This document shows positions 8,915-19,800 of a DNA stretch of 64,000 nucleotides, in pieces (position 1 is the first letter of the stretch; each line of letters opens with the position of its first letter). The position numbers and the translations under genes were made by a program. Source of the DNA: an uncultured Nitrospinota bacterium (GTDB lineage: Bacteria > Tectomicrobia > Entotheonellia > J063 > CAVPRW01); assembly GCA_963707985.1 (NCBI GenBank), contig CAVPRW010000029.1, forward strand, positions 64,001 to 128,000. The letters are read 5' to 3'. The notes below the pieces were generated by a model that had not been told where the DNA came from, did no database searches, and was given only the letters and a program-made list of their open reading frames with translations.

Positions 8915-9808
8915 TCACAGCTGCCGCAGCTTGGGATCTAAAATGTCCCGCAACCAGTCGCCGAACAGATTAAACGACAACACCACGAGCATGATGGCAG
9001 CGCCGGGAAAGACGGATACCCACCAGAGCGTGTCCACATACTTACGACCCTCCGCCACCATACCGCCCCAGGTGGGTGTCGGCGCCGGAATCCCCGCCCC
9101 CAGGAAACTGAGCGAGGCTTCGACGACGATGGCCCAGCCGACTTGCAAGGTAGACAACACGACCACGCTGTTCGCCACATTGGGCAGCAAATGTGTGGCG
9201 ATGATGCGCAGCGAAGAACAGCCCGCCATGCGGGCCAGGGCAATGAAATCGAGCTGTTTCCAGGTCAGGACTTCACCTCGGACCAAACGAGCATAGCGCG
9301 CCCACAAGATGAAGCCCAAGACCGCGACCACGACCCAGAAGCTGGCACCGACGGTGACCGCGAAGATCAGCGCCAGCAGAATCGACGGGAACGCCAGAGA
9401 CAGGTCGACCAGGCGCATGATCAGGGCATCGACCCAACCGCCGCGGTAACCGGCGAGGAGCCCCAGGCTCGTGCCCACCAGCCCTCCGACCACGATCGAC
9501 AAGGCCGCCACCGACAGGGAAATGCGCGCGCCCACGATGATCCGGCTCAAAATATCGCGCCCCTGCCGGTCCGTCCCCAGCGGGTATGCGCTACTGCCCC
9601 CGTCGATAAAGGCCGGGGCAAGGCCGCGCGCACGGAGATCAGAGTCAATCGCACTGTGGGGGGCCAGCACCGGCGCAAAGATCGCCACGAGTACGCTCAG
9701 CAAGACAATGGCCGTCGGCAGCTTCGGCGCGCGCTTCAGCACGGCCAGACGCTTGCCCCAGCCGCTGCTGGCTGTCACAACTACGGGGCTCTGCAGTATA
9801 GTGTCCAT
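8915..9808 (-). CDS. Peptide ABC transporter permease (DppC/OppC type)
   Basis: LGTDRQGRDILSR, EASLSFLG.G...P.PTWG, GDWLRDILDPK. Confidence 0.93.
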   Translation of the reverse strand: MDTILQSPVVVTASSGWGKRLAVLKRAPKLPTAIVLLSVLVAIFAPVLAPHSAIDSDLRARGLAPAFIDGGSSAYPLGTDRQGRDILSRIIVGARISLSVAALSIVVGGLVGTSLGLLAGYRGGWVDALIMRLVDLSLAFPSILLALIFAVTVGASFWVVVAVLGFILWARYARLVRGEVLTWKQLDFIALARMAGCSSLRIIATHLLPNVANSVVVLSTLQVGWAIVVEASLSFLGAGIPAPTPTWGGMVAEGRKYVDTLWWVSVFPGAAIMLVVLSFNLFGDWLRDILDPKLRQL

Positions 9809-9810
9809 GG

Positions 9811-10725
9811 CTATAACCTAATCCGTGGGTCTAGCACGACATAGACCAGGTCAACGGCAAAGTTGATGGCGACGATGAACGTGGCCCAGGTCAACACCGT
9901 CAGTTGCAGCAGCGGGAAATCGCGCCACAAGACGGCTTCATAGGCCAAGCGCCCCAAACCGGGCCAGGTGAAGACCACCTCCGTGGTGATCGCCGCGGCG
10001 ATAATCACGCCGTACATGAAGCCGATGAAGGTGATCACCGGGATCAGGGCGTTGCGCACCGCGTGCTTGCTGACCACGATGAATTCCCGTAGGCCCTTCA
10101 GCCGCGCCAGCTTGATGTACTCAGTGTCCAACACTTCCAACGTGCTCGAGCGCAGCAGGCGAACCACGCCCGCGCTGGTGGACCAGCCCATGGCCACGGC
10201 AGGTAGGATATAGTGCTGCCAACTTCCCATCCCGGAGGTAGGAAGCCAGCCCAACGTCACCGCGAAGATCAAGATGAACACGATCCCCGTCCAAAACGAC
10301 GGCAGGGATTGCCCTAAGAGCGCCACCGCCATCGCCACGCGGTCCCAGACCCGCCCCCGGTAGACCGCCGCCACTACACCCAAGGGCAGGCTGATGCAGA
10401 TGGTGATCAGCATGGCGACGGAGGCCAATTTCAGCGAATTCCACAGGCGGTCGCTCACCAGTTCGGTGACCGGACGTTTGGTGCGCAACGACGTCCCGAA
10501 ATCACCCCGCATGGCATCTTTCAAATAGCGCCAATATTGCTGACTCAAGGGCTGATCCAACCCCAGACGCGAGATCAACGCCTCCCGTTCCGCAGGGGTG
10601 GCATCCATCGGCAGCATCGTATCGGCGGGGCTGCCGGTAACCCGCGCCAGGGCAAACACGACAAAGCTCGCCGCCAGCAGGGTCAGCAGCGCTTGGCATA
10701 GGCGCACGAAGGTGAATTTGATCAT
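9811..10725 (-). CDS. Peptide ABC transporter permease (DppB/OppB type)
   Basis: GLDQPL..QY, GDFGTS, ARLKGL, HAVRNALIP, DLVYVVLDPRIR. Confidence 0.93.
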   Translation of the reverse strand: MIKFTFVRLCQALLTLLAASFVVFALARVTGSPADTMLPMDATPAEREALISRLGLDQPLSQQYWRYLKDAMRGDFGTSLRTKRPVTELVSDRLWNSLKLASVAMLITICISLPLGVVAAVYRGRVWDRVAMAVALLGQSLPSFWTGIVFILIFAVTLGWLPTSGMGSWQHYILPAVAMGWSTSAGVVRLLRSSTLEVLDTEYIKLARLKGLREFIVVSKHAVRNALIPVITFIGFMYGVIIAAAITTEVVFTWPGLGRLAYEAVLWRDFPLLQLTVLTWATFIVAINFAVDLVYVVLDPRIRL

Positions 10726-10770
10726 CGATCGATCGCCATCATGCGAAAGATATCCTCTCTTACCAGCTCT

Positions 10771-12390
10771 TCATGGCTTTGGTCGCAGCGTTTCGAACGC
10801 CAGTGCCGTCGGCGTGCCATTGCTGGGTTGCCAATCGGCGACCTTAGCACTAGCAGCAAAGGGTGTATGCCGTAGCACAATGGGCATGGCCCAGTATTCC
10901 TCGTAGAGCTCGCGATTGATCTCGCGCAGGCGCCGATCCCGCGCCACGACATCGATGATCCCCGAGACCTCGACAAACAGCCGCTCAGAGCGCTCCTGGT
11001 TCCAGTACACCGAGGTTGAGCCCCCCGCCTGGTGACCGAGCATGAACACGCGCATGTTGTTCAACAAGGATGGCCGGGCCCAGGGAAACTGCACGCCCAC
11101 GGCCGCCGGCGGGTCGAATTTCTGGGGTCGCGACTGCGTACGCGAGCGGAAGGCACTATAGTCGATGGTCACGAGCTCGACATCGATGTCGAGCTTACGC
11201 CAGTAGCTGGCGATGACCTCGTTCACTTCTAGTTGTTCGGGGTTGGCCGTAAAGAAAAAGTTCCAATAGGTGACCTTTTCCCCCTTATACCCAGATGCCT
11301 TCAGCAGACGCTTGGCTTCCTCAGGATCATACCGGTAGGGCGGGAGCTCTGGATCATAACCCAACGTCACCCGGCTGAACAGCGGCGCGCCACCTCGCTG
11401 CCGCTCACCCACCTCGGGCGGATAGAACGCCTTCACCACCGCATCCCAATCGACCCCGAGGATCAGCGCCTTGCGGAACTCCAACTTATGGGTCAGAAAC
11501 GCCGGGTCGTAGGTTTTGTAGAACGACAGCATCGGAAATCCGGTATCTCTGGGGCCGATGATCTTGTAGCCGTCATTCTTGAGCGGCTCCACGTCCTGCG
11601 GCTCCAGCGAAATGAGCTCGGCCTCCCCACGCTTCAGCATGGCCACACGCGTGCGGGATTCAGGCACCAACAGCATGTGCAGCTTCGCAAAGCCGGGGAT
11701 ACGCTCGCGGTTCCAGTAGGCGCTATTGGCCTCGTATTCGATGTACTGGCCGATCTCGCGCTTGACGAACTTCCATGGGCCGCTGCCCATGGGTTTCTCC
11801 TCGAACCCCTGGAGCCCGACCTTGTCGATATAATGCTTGGGGAGTACTAAGAAATTGCCCTCCAGGGGCCCAAACGCATCGGGAATACCAACATCGGCGC
11901 GTTTGAGATGCATACGGACGGTCGTCGGATCGACGACTTCCGTGCGGTCGAGATTGGTACGCACCGCGCCACATTGCGTGCATTGCGTGGTTGGACCGGC
12001 ATAATGGTCGAGGCTGAACTTGATATCATCCGCGGTCATCTCGGTGCCATCATGCCACTTGACGCCTTTCCGCAGGACAAAGGTCCACACAGTGGCATCG
12101 GCGTTGGACTCATAGCGCTCCAGCGCCCCATAGTCCGTGGTGAGCTTGCCCTCAGGCGTGGCCCCGATGAACCAGTCAAACATCTGGCCGTGGTAGGGAA
12201 GCCCAGGAGTGCCGTCCTGAGCCGGATCCATGATTTCCTTTGAAAAAGTGTGGAAGGCCACCCGCACGGTGCCCTGGGGTGTGACCGATGCAGCACCCAA
12301 GACGGGCGTGGCTCCTGCCCACATGCTAAGCACGGAGCCGATGACCAGACTGAACGCCGTAAACCAAGAAAAACGCCGCTGTCGTCTCAT
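10771..12390 (-). CDS. Family-5 ABC substrate-binding protein
   Basis: Signal peptide; WTFVLRKGVKWHDG..TADD.KFS, PMGSGPWK, YDPEEAKRLL..SGY. Confidence 0.9.
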   Translation of the reverse strand: MRRQRRFSWFTAFSLVIGSVLSMWAGATPVLGAASVTPQGTVRVAFHTFSKEIMDPAQDGTPGLPYHGQMFDWFIGATPEGKLTTDYGALERYESNADATVWTFVLRKGVKWHDGTEMTADDIKFSLDHYAGPTTQCTQCGAVRTNLDRTEVVDPTTVRMHLKRADVGIPDAFGPLEGNFLVLPKHYIDKVGLQGFEEKPMGSGPWKFVKREIGQYIEYEANSAYWNRERIPGFAKLHMLLVPESRTRVAMLKRGEAELISLEPQDVEPLKNDGYKIIGPRDTGFPMLSFYKTYDPAFLTHKLEFRKALILGVDWDAVVKAFYPPEVGERQRGGAPLFSRVTLGYDPELPPYRYDPEEAKRLLKASGYKGEKVTYWNFFFTANPEQLEVNEVIASYWRKLDIDVELVTIDYSAFRSRTQSRPQKFDPPAAVGVQFPWARPSLLNNMRVFMLGHQAGGSTSVYWNQERSERLFVEVSGIIDVVARDRRLREINRELYEEYWAMPIVLRHTPFAASAKVADWQPSNGTPTALAFETLRPKP

Positions 12391-12739
12391 GTACACTCCC
12401 AACCTGCACGTCGCCTCGAACAGCGACAGGTCTATAGTTACTCATCAATCGTCTATTCATATGACGCTCGACCAGTCTCCACTGGAGTCGCGCTTTTCAG
12501 GCAGAGGGCTTCCTTGAGCGCTTCCTACCGATGCAGGGGCAATGCCATGCAGATCAGCCACACCTAGGGCTCCCGCAGCTTCATGGGCACGCTCTCACGC
12601 CAGAGCGCTGATAGCGCACCGCGAGCCCGAGCACAGGCGTGAGAGGGGGTGTATTCCGGAGGTCGACGCCGCTCCCGGATGGGGAATTCAGGGAAGCCAA
12701 ACGCCTAGATTTACGGCAAAGGTGTCATAGAGGTGGTTA

Positions 12740-12830
12740 TCATTTGACCGGAGCGGACCTGGCGGCAGGCTTGCCCGTCGGGACAAGCGTCGTGGAGTCG
12801 GCCTGCGGTTCTGTCGTGAAGCATCGACTC
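12740..12830 (+). mobile_element. Short ISKra4/ISLre2-like transposase remnant
   Basis: LAAGLPVGTSVVESACGSVVKHRL resembles the C-terminal GxPIGSGxxESAC motif of these transposases. Confidence 0.55.
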
Positions 12831-12880
12831 TCATTCTCCTTTCAAGTCAAGGGTAGCAGCTTTATACCTTTGCGACACCT

Positions 12881-15800
12881 TCAGCATGTTGATTGAACCT
12901 TGTGGAGAACTTCTGCCAAGTGCCTGGCGAAGACTCTACCATGTGGCTCTTGAAACAGCCCGAAGTGATCCCCAGGGACCACATGCGTTTCCCATGCTCC
13001 GACGGCGAACTTGCGCCACTCAACTGGCAGCTGGTCCGGACTTTGTTCGGCTCGGAAGAAAACGACATGCCCTGGATACGGCTGGGGAATGTAGGCACGA
13101 CCAGCCTGCAGGCCCACGTGGAGGAAGTACGGCATACAGAGCCGGCGGGGTATGCGGCGCCCAGTCTTCAGGTAGCGCTCACAGATGATGTTGGCAAGGG
13201 TTCTGCCAATCTTGGTCAGGCTTTTTCTGCACCGTACCCACACCGGTGGATGATACTGGAGACTCGTCGGATCAATCAAGATCAGCAGTGCCACCTCTTG
13301 CCCTTGCCTGCGCACCTGTTGAGCCATTTCAAAGGCGATCATGCCACCGATAGAGGCCCCTCCCAAAAAGTACGGCCCCTGGGGCTGGAACGTCTGGATA
13401 TCTTTGAGGTAATCGGCGGCCATGGCCTCAATGGAGCTGGGGGCACGTCGACCATCCAGGGCATGCGGATGCAACGCGTAATACGGTTGCTCCTCAGGCA
13501 TTGCACAGCCCATGAGTTCGACGCCATGCACGCAGAAGAAGGGTGGTTTGCTGCCTCCAGGGCGATAGGCCAGGAGTAAGGACGGCGGAGCCGTCCACCC
13601 GGCTTGACGGAGCTGGGTGGCCAGGAGTTCGACGGTGGGCGCCTGATATAGGCTGGCGAGTGGAACATGCCTCCCGAGTACCTTCTCCATCTGGGCGCAA
13701 AGGCGTACAGCTAGGAACGAGTGTCCTCCCAGGGCAAAGAAGTTATCCTGCACCCCAATGGATGCCAGACCCAGGCCCTGCTCCCACACCTTGGTCAGCT
13801 GGTATTCCAACTGATCGCGCGGCGCCACAAAAGTGTTGGTTGGCGTAGCGCGTCCGGGCTCCGGCGTTGGCAGCGCCTGACGATCCACTTTGCCGTTCGG
13901 CATCAGCGGCAAGGTCCTGAGAGGCACAAAGACCGCTGGAATCATGTAGTCAGGGAGTGTTGCCTGGAGAAACCTGCGGAGCTCACCGTTATCAGGGACG
14001 GTGTGGAGGGCAGGGACGAAGTACGCTGCCAGATATTTCTCCCCGGCGTGGTCCTCACGTAGCACGACTACGGCCATTCGTACGCCCGGATGGTGTGCCA
14101 AGACTGCTTCGATTTCCCCGAGTTCGATACGGTACCCGCGGAGCTTCACCTGGGCATCGAGACGCCCAAGAAACGCCAGGTTGCCGGTGGAGAGCAGCCG
14201 GACGAGGTCACCTGTTTGGTACAGCCGTGCTGTGGAATCAGGGCTAAAGGGGTTGGGGACAAACTTGAGATCAGTAAGCTCAGGCCGATTGCGGTAGCCG
14301 CGGGCCAAGCCTGCTCCACCAATATACAGTTCTCCCGCTACCCCGATCGGCACGGGTTGTTGCTGGGCGTTCAAGACGTAGAACTGCGTGTTGGCAATTG
14401 GCCGTCCGATGTTCATAGAGGCATCCGTGGCCGCTACCTGGGAGACAGCAGACCAGATCGTTGTCTCGGTGGGACCATACATATTCCAGAGCGAGGCGCA
14501 CCGAGTCAGGAGCTGTTCGGCCAAGTCCTGCGAGAGGGCTTCGCCACCACAGAGGACCTTCAGGTGCGGGCTGCCTTGCCACCCAGTGTCCACCAGAAGG
14601 CGCCAGGTTGCCGGAGTGGCTTGCATGACCGTTGCACCAGAGTGTGCCAGCAGTGCGGCGAGTCGTGTGCCGTCCATGGCCGTGGCTCGACTGCTAATGA
14701 CCGCCCGAGCGCCTACTAACAGCGGCAGGTAGAGTTCGAGCGCAGCAATATCAAAGGAGATGGTGGTTACGGCCAGCAACGTATCCTGCGCCGTCAAGCC
14801 TGGCTGTTGGCGCATCGCATAGAGAAAGTTGGTCAGCGCCTGGTGGCCAATTTGTACCCCTTTGGGTTTGCCCGTCGAGCCCGAGGTATAGATGACATAG
14901 GCGAGGTCGGACGCGGTGGTCATACTGGGTACGTTGGCGTCGCTTTCCTGCGCAATCGTTCCCCAGTCGGAGTCGAGGCAGATCATCTGCGCGGGCGATG
15001 TTGGGAGGCTCATCCGCAGATGCTCCTGGGTGAGCAAGATGTGGAGGTCGGCATCTGCTAGCATGAATGTCAGGCGCTCTGGCGGATAGGTCGGATCGAG
15101 CGGCACGTACGCGCCACCCGCTTTGAGAATGCCTAGCAGCCCCACCAGCATCTCCAGTGAGCGCTCGACACAGAGCCCCACCAACACCTCAGGGCCGACG
15201 CCCAGCCGCCGGAGATAATGCGCCACCTGATTGGCCCGGCGATTCAGGGTGTGATAGGTCAGAGACTGGTCCTCGTACACCACCGCAATGGCCTCCGGCG
15301 TGCGCACCACCTGGGCCTCAAACAACGTCTGGATACAGGTATCAGTGGGGTATTCTGCCTGGGTGGCATTCCAGGCCACGAGTATCTGTTGCCGCTCAGC
15401 CGCTGTTAACAGCGGTAAGCCGGCAATGGTTTGGTTTGGATTCGCCACTATCCCCTCGAGCAGGCACTGGAAATGCCCTGCAAGACGTGCAATGGTTGTC
15501 TCGTCAAACAGATCCGTGTTATACTCCCAGGCTGCTTTCCAGCATCCCCGCTGCTTCTCTCATAAACAGGGTCAAATCAAACTTTGCAGTACCACACCCT
15601 ATTGGGAACGGGCGCGCTGTCAGATCTAGGAGCTCCAGAGAGACATCTGGCACATTCTGCCAGGCAAACATGACCTGACACAACGGCGCATGGCTGAGCT
15701 GACGCATTGGTTGGAGTTCTTCGACGAGCTTCTCAAACGGTAGATCCTGGTGGGCATGCGCCCCCAGGGTGACCTCGTATACTTGTTTTAGTAATGCCCG

Positions 15801-16845
15801 AAAGGGCAGCGCGCTCGATACGGCTGTGCGTAGCACAAGCGTGTTCACAAACAACCCGATCAATCCCTCAAGCGCCGGGTAATGACGGTTCGCAATCGGG
15901 GCACCCACCAGGATATCGTCTTGACCGCTATAGCGATGCAGCAGGGCCTGCAAGGCTGCCAATAGGGTCATAAAGAGGGTTACTCCTTCGCCTTGGCTTA
16001 GCGTTTTGAGTGCAGTACTCAGGCCGCGGGGGAGTACCAGGGGGTATCTTGCTCCGTGGAAGGTTTGGACTGTCGGTCGTGGACGATCCGTGGGCAGCTC
16101 CAGCAGTGGCGGGCTTCCTGCAAGCTGCTGCTTCCAGTAGGAAAGTTGCTGTTCTAGCACCTCTCCTTGCAGCCGCTGCCGCTGCCAAACGGCATAATCG
16201 GCGTATTGGATTGGCAAGGCTGTTAGCGGGGATGATGTCGCGGTACAGTGGGCTCGATAAAGCGCTGCTAATTCCCGGAAGAACACTTCGAGGGACCACC
16301 CATCTGTGACAATGTGGTGCAGCGTAACCTGAACGACATACTCTTCTGGCCCCATCTGGATGAGTAAGACGCGACACAGAGGATCACGTGCTAAGTCAAA
16401 AGGCTGTTGGGCCTCGGCAGTGCAGCGCTGCAGCATTTGCACCGCTTGTTCTGCCGCAGGCACTCCCTGAAGATCTACCCGCTGCAACGGCATAGAGGCA
16501 CTGGCAGCTATAATCTGAACCGGCTCCCCATCTGTGGCAACAAACGTCGTGCGCAGAGCTTCATGGCGCTGCACAATGTCATGGAGACTCTGTTCCAGGG
16601 CCATCGGTTGGAGCGAGCCACTGAGGCGGTAGGCAACCGAAAGGTTATAGAGCGGCGTGCCTGGCGCCCACTGGTCGAGGAACCATAACCGCTGCTGGGC
16701 GAACGACAGCGGTGGGGCGGACAAGTCGCCGCGTCGGGGAATCGTCGGGGCAGGAGCAGAGGTCCTCCTCTTCTAACAAATACGCCAGCAGTTCCAGCTT
16801 GTCTGCGGGTAGCGCCGCAATATCGGTAGAAAGTAGCCTTTCCAT
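12881..16845 (-). CDS. NRPS subunit 2: docking-C-A(Gly)-T-TE (apparent frameshifts ~16740 and ~15535)
   Basis: ATG at 16845 after GAAGGAA. C domain HHIVTDGWS. A domain YTSGSTGKPKG with manually read code DILQLGMIWK (Gly-type). T domain FFALGGHS. TE GASIG...PGDH. Confidence 0.9.
15108..15373. repeat. 266-bp near-identical direct repeat, copy 1 (A-domain N-terminal segment)
   Basis: Matches 18514-18779 with about 3 mismatches by eye. Confidence 0.9.
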
Positions 16846-16850
16846 TTCCT

Positions 16851-19800
16851 TCAACCTCTTGCTCGGCTTTTTTGTTGTAACGCATGGTGTACGTCTTCAG
16901 GCGACATTGCCGTGAGGCGTTGCAGCATCCGCGCGATTTTTTCAGTCCGTCCGGGAGTGGCCTCATACGTGATGACTGCCTGTGCCAACTCGGCGACCGT
17001 GGGTGTTGCAAAGAACTGTTGCAGGGGGAAGGTCACCTGGAGGACGCTATGCAGTCGGGAGATGATCTGGGTGGCCAACAACGAATGCCCTCCGAGCGCA
17101 AAGAAATTGTCATGAATACCAAGTTGCTGCAGGCCCAGGACTGCTCTCCAAATGTCCGCCACTGCTGCTTCCACGGCAGTCCGTGGAGGCTCAAAGGGGC
17201 AGTCGGGATCAAGGGGTTGGTGTCGGGTCCTGGCAGCACCCGTCGATCCACCTTGCCGTTGGGCAGTAATGGTAAGGCGTCAAGCCAGACAATGGCGGCA
17301 GGCACCATATAGTCGGGTAATGCTTGCTGGACAGTCTGGCGTAGAACGCTGACGGGTGGACGGACGGATGGGTTCGCGACCACATAGGCAATGAGACGCG
17401 TCTTTCCTGCTTCCTGCGCCTGGGCAAGCACCATGGCTTGACGCACTGCCGGGTGGCGATGCAGTACTGTCTCTATTTCGCCAAGCTCGATACGGAAACC
17501 ACGAACCTTTACCTGGGTGTCCAGACGGCCAAGAAACTCAAGATTCGCAGTGGGAAGGAGCCGGACGAGATCACCAGTTTTATAGAGACGTGCGGTGGGA
17601 TCCGGGCTAAAGGGATTGGGAATAAACTTGGCAGCCGTCAGCTCCGGACGATTCAGGTAGCCGCGAGCCAGTCCTCGCCCACCGATGTGGAGTTCGCCAG
17701 GCACGCCTATCGGTACCGGCTGAAGCTGTTGATCCAGCACATATGTCTGCACGTTACGGACGGCACGACCAATGGGGATTACGCGCCTTATGGTCTCTCG
17801 CTCTTCTCTCTCTGAGAGCACGCACATGGTGGCGGCTATGGTCGTTTCGGTTGGACCATACGCATTGATCAACCGCACAGCGCGATCGACCCGTTTGTGC
17901 CATTGTTGTAAGTGCTCCTGCTGCGCCTGTTCTCCACCAATGATCACCAGACGGACTGCGGCAGGAAGGGCCAGGGATGGCGCGTCGAGCGTGGCAGCGA
18001 GTTCATGCCAGTAGGCGGTTGGGAGATCCAGGACGGTCAACCCCCATTCTTGACACTTTTGCATAAACACCGGTATGGAAGTCCAGCATCCCTTCTGTTC
18101 GCAGAACAAGTGTTGCCCCGTGCGTCAGGCATGTGAAGATTTCCTGCGCGGCCGGATCGAAATTGAGCGAAATAAATTGCAGCAGGCGGTCTCTGGGTTC
18201 TATAGCAAAGACGGCACTCGCGGCCTCAATGTAGTTTACCAACGACTGGTGCTCGATCATAACACCTTTGGGTATGCCAGTGGAGCCAGACGTATAAATG
18301 ACATAGGCCAGATGCTTGGCCGTCACCCCACTGCACAGGTTGTCGGCGCTCTCGCATGCCAGCACATCCCAGTCTGCGTCCAGGGCGATGAGCCGCACTC
18401 GGTGTCCCGAGAGGAGTGGCCTCAAGCGCTGTTGTGTAAGGACGATGGACAGCTGGCTATCCTCTATCATGCAGTCAAGGCGTTCCGTCGGGTACGCAGG
18501 GTCCAGCGGTACATACGCGCCACCCGCTTTGAGAATGCCTAGCAGCCCCACCAACATCTCCAGTGAGCGCTCGACACAGAGCCCCACCAACACCTCAGGG
18601 CCGACGCCCAGCCGCCGGAGATAATGCGCCACCTGATTGGCCCGGCGATTCAGCGTGTCATAGGTCAGAGACTGGTCCTCGTACACCACCGCAATGGCCT
18701 CCGGCGTGCGCACCACCTGGGCCTCAAACAACGTCTGGATACAGGTATCAGTGGGGTATTCTGCCTGGGTGGCATTCCATGTGACCAGCACCTGCCGCTG
18801 TTCGGACTCTGTCAGGAGTGGGAGGTGGGCAATAGGCTGATTAGGATTGGCCACAATCCCGGCTAATAAGGTCTGGAAGTGTGCCCCAAACCGCCTAATG
18901 GTGGCTGCTTCAAACAGGTCAGTGTTGTATTCGAACACGCAGGATAACCCGTGAGGGTGGTCGCTGACGTCCACCGCCAGGTCAACCATGGCCGCACCGC
19001 GGTCAAACTCGTGCTCTTCCACCATGAGCCCTTGTACCTCCGTGGCCATAGGGGGGAGGTTACGGAGTTGAAACATGACCTGGAAGAGTGGATTGCGGCT
19101 CAGATCGCGTTCCGGTTGTAAGGCTTCCACTAGCTTTTCAAACGGCACCTCCTGGTGCGTATAGGCATGCAAGGCCACGTCACGCACACGCCGGAGCGCT
19201 TCGCGAAACGTGGGGCTCCCAGAGAGGTCTGTGCGCAGGACCAGGGTGTTCACAAACACCCCTATAAGAGCTTCGGTGTCGATCCAATGACGGCCGGCCA
19301 CTGGGGAGCCTACGACAATGTCCTCCTGGCCGGTATACCGAAACAGCAAGGTCTGGAAAGCTGCCAGTAGGGTCATGAACAGGGTCACCTGTTCGTCGCT
19401 GGCTCAGGGCCTTGAGGGCGACGCTGAGGCTCTGTGGGAGCGCAAGCGTGTACCGCGCGCCTCGAAACGTCTGGACCGCTGGGCGTGTGTGGTCAGTGGG
19501 CAAGGCTAAGACCGGTAGATTCGCACCAAGGTGCTGCTGCCAGGCGGTTAGCTGGGCGTCGAGCCGTGGGCCGTGCAGCCATTGCCGTTGCCAGTGGGCG
19601 AAGTCTGCATACTGCAGGGGCAGCGGCGGGAGTTGCGACGGCTTGCCAGCGCAATAGGCATCATACAATACCGCGAGATCGCGCCAGAGAACCCCGACCG
19701 ACCATCCGTCAAAGACGATATGATGCATGACCAGGAGGAGTATGTGCTCTGTGTGACTTAGCCGTAGCAACGTTGTGCGCAGCAACGGGCCATGGGCTAA

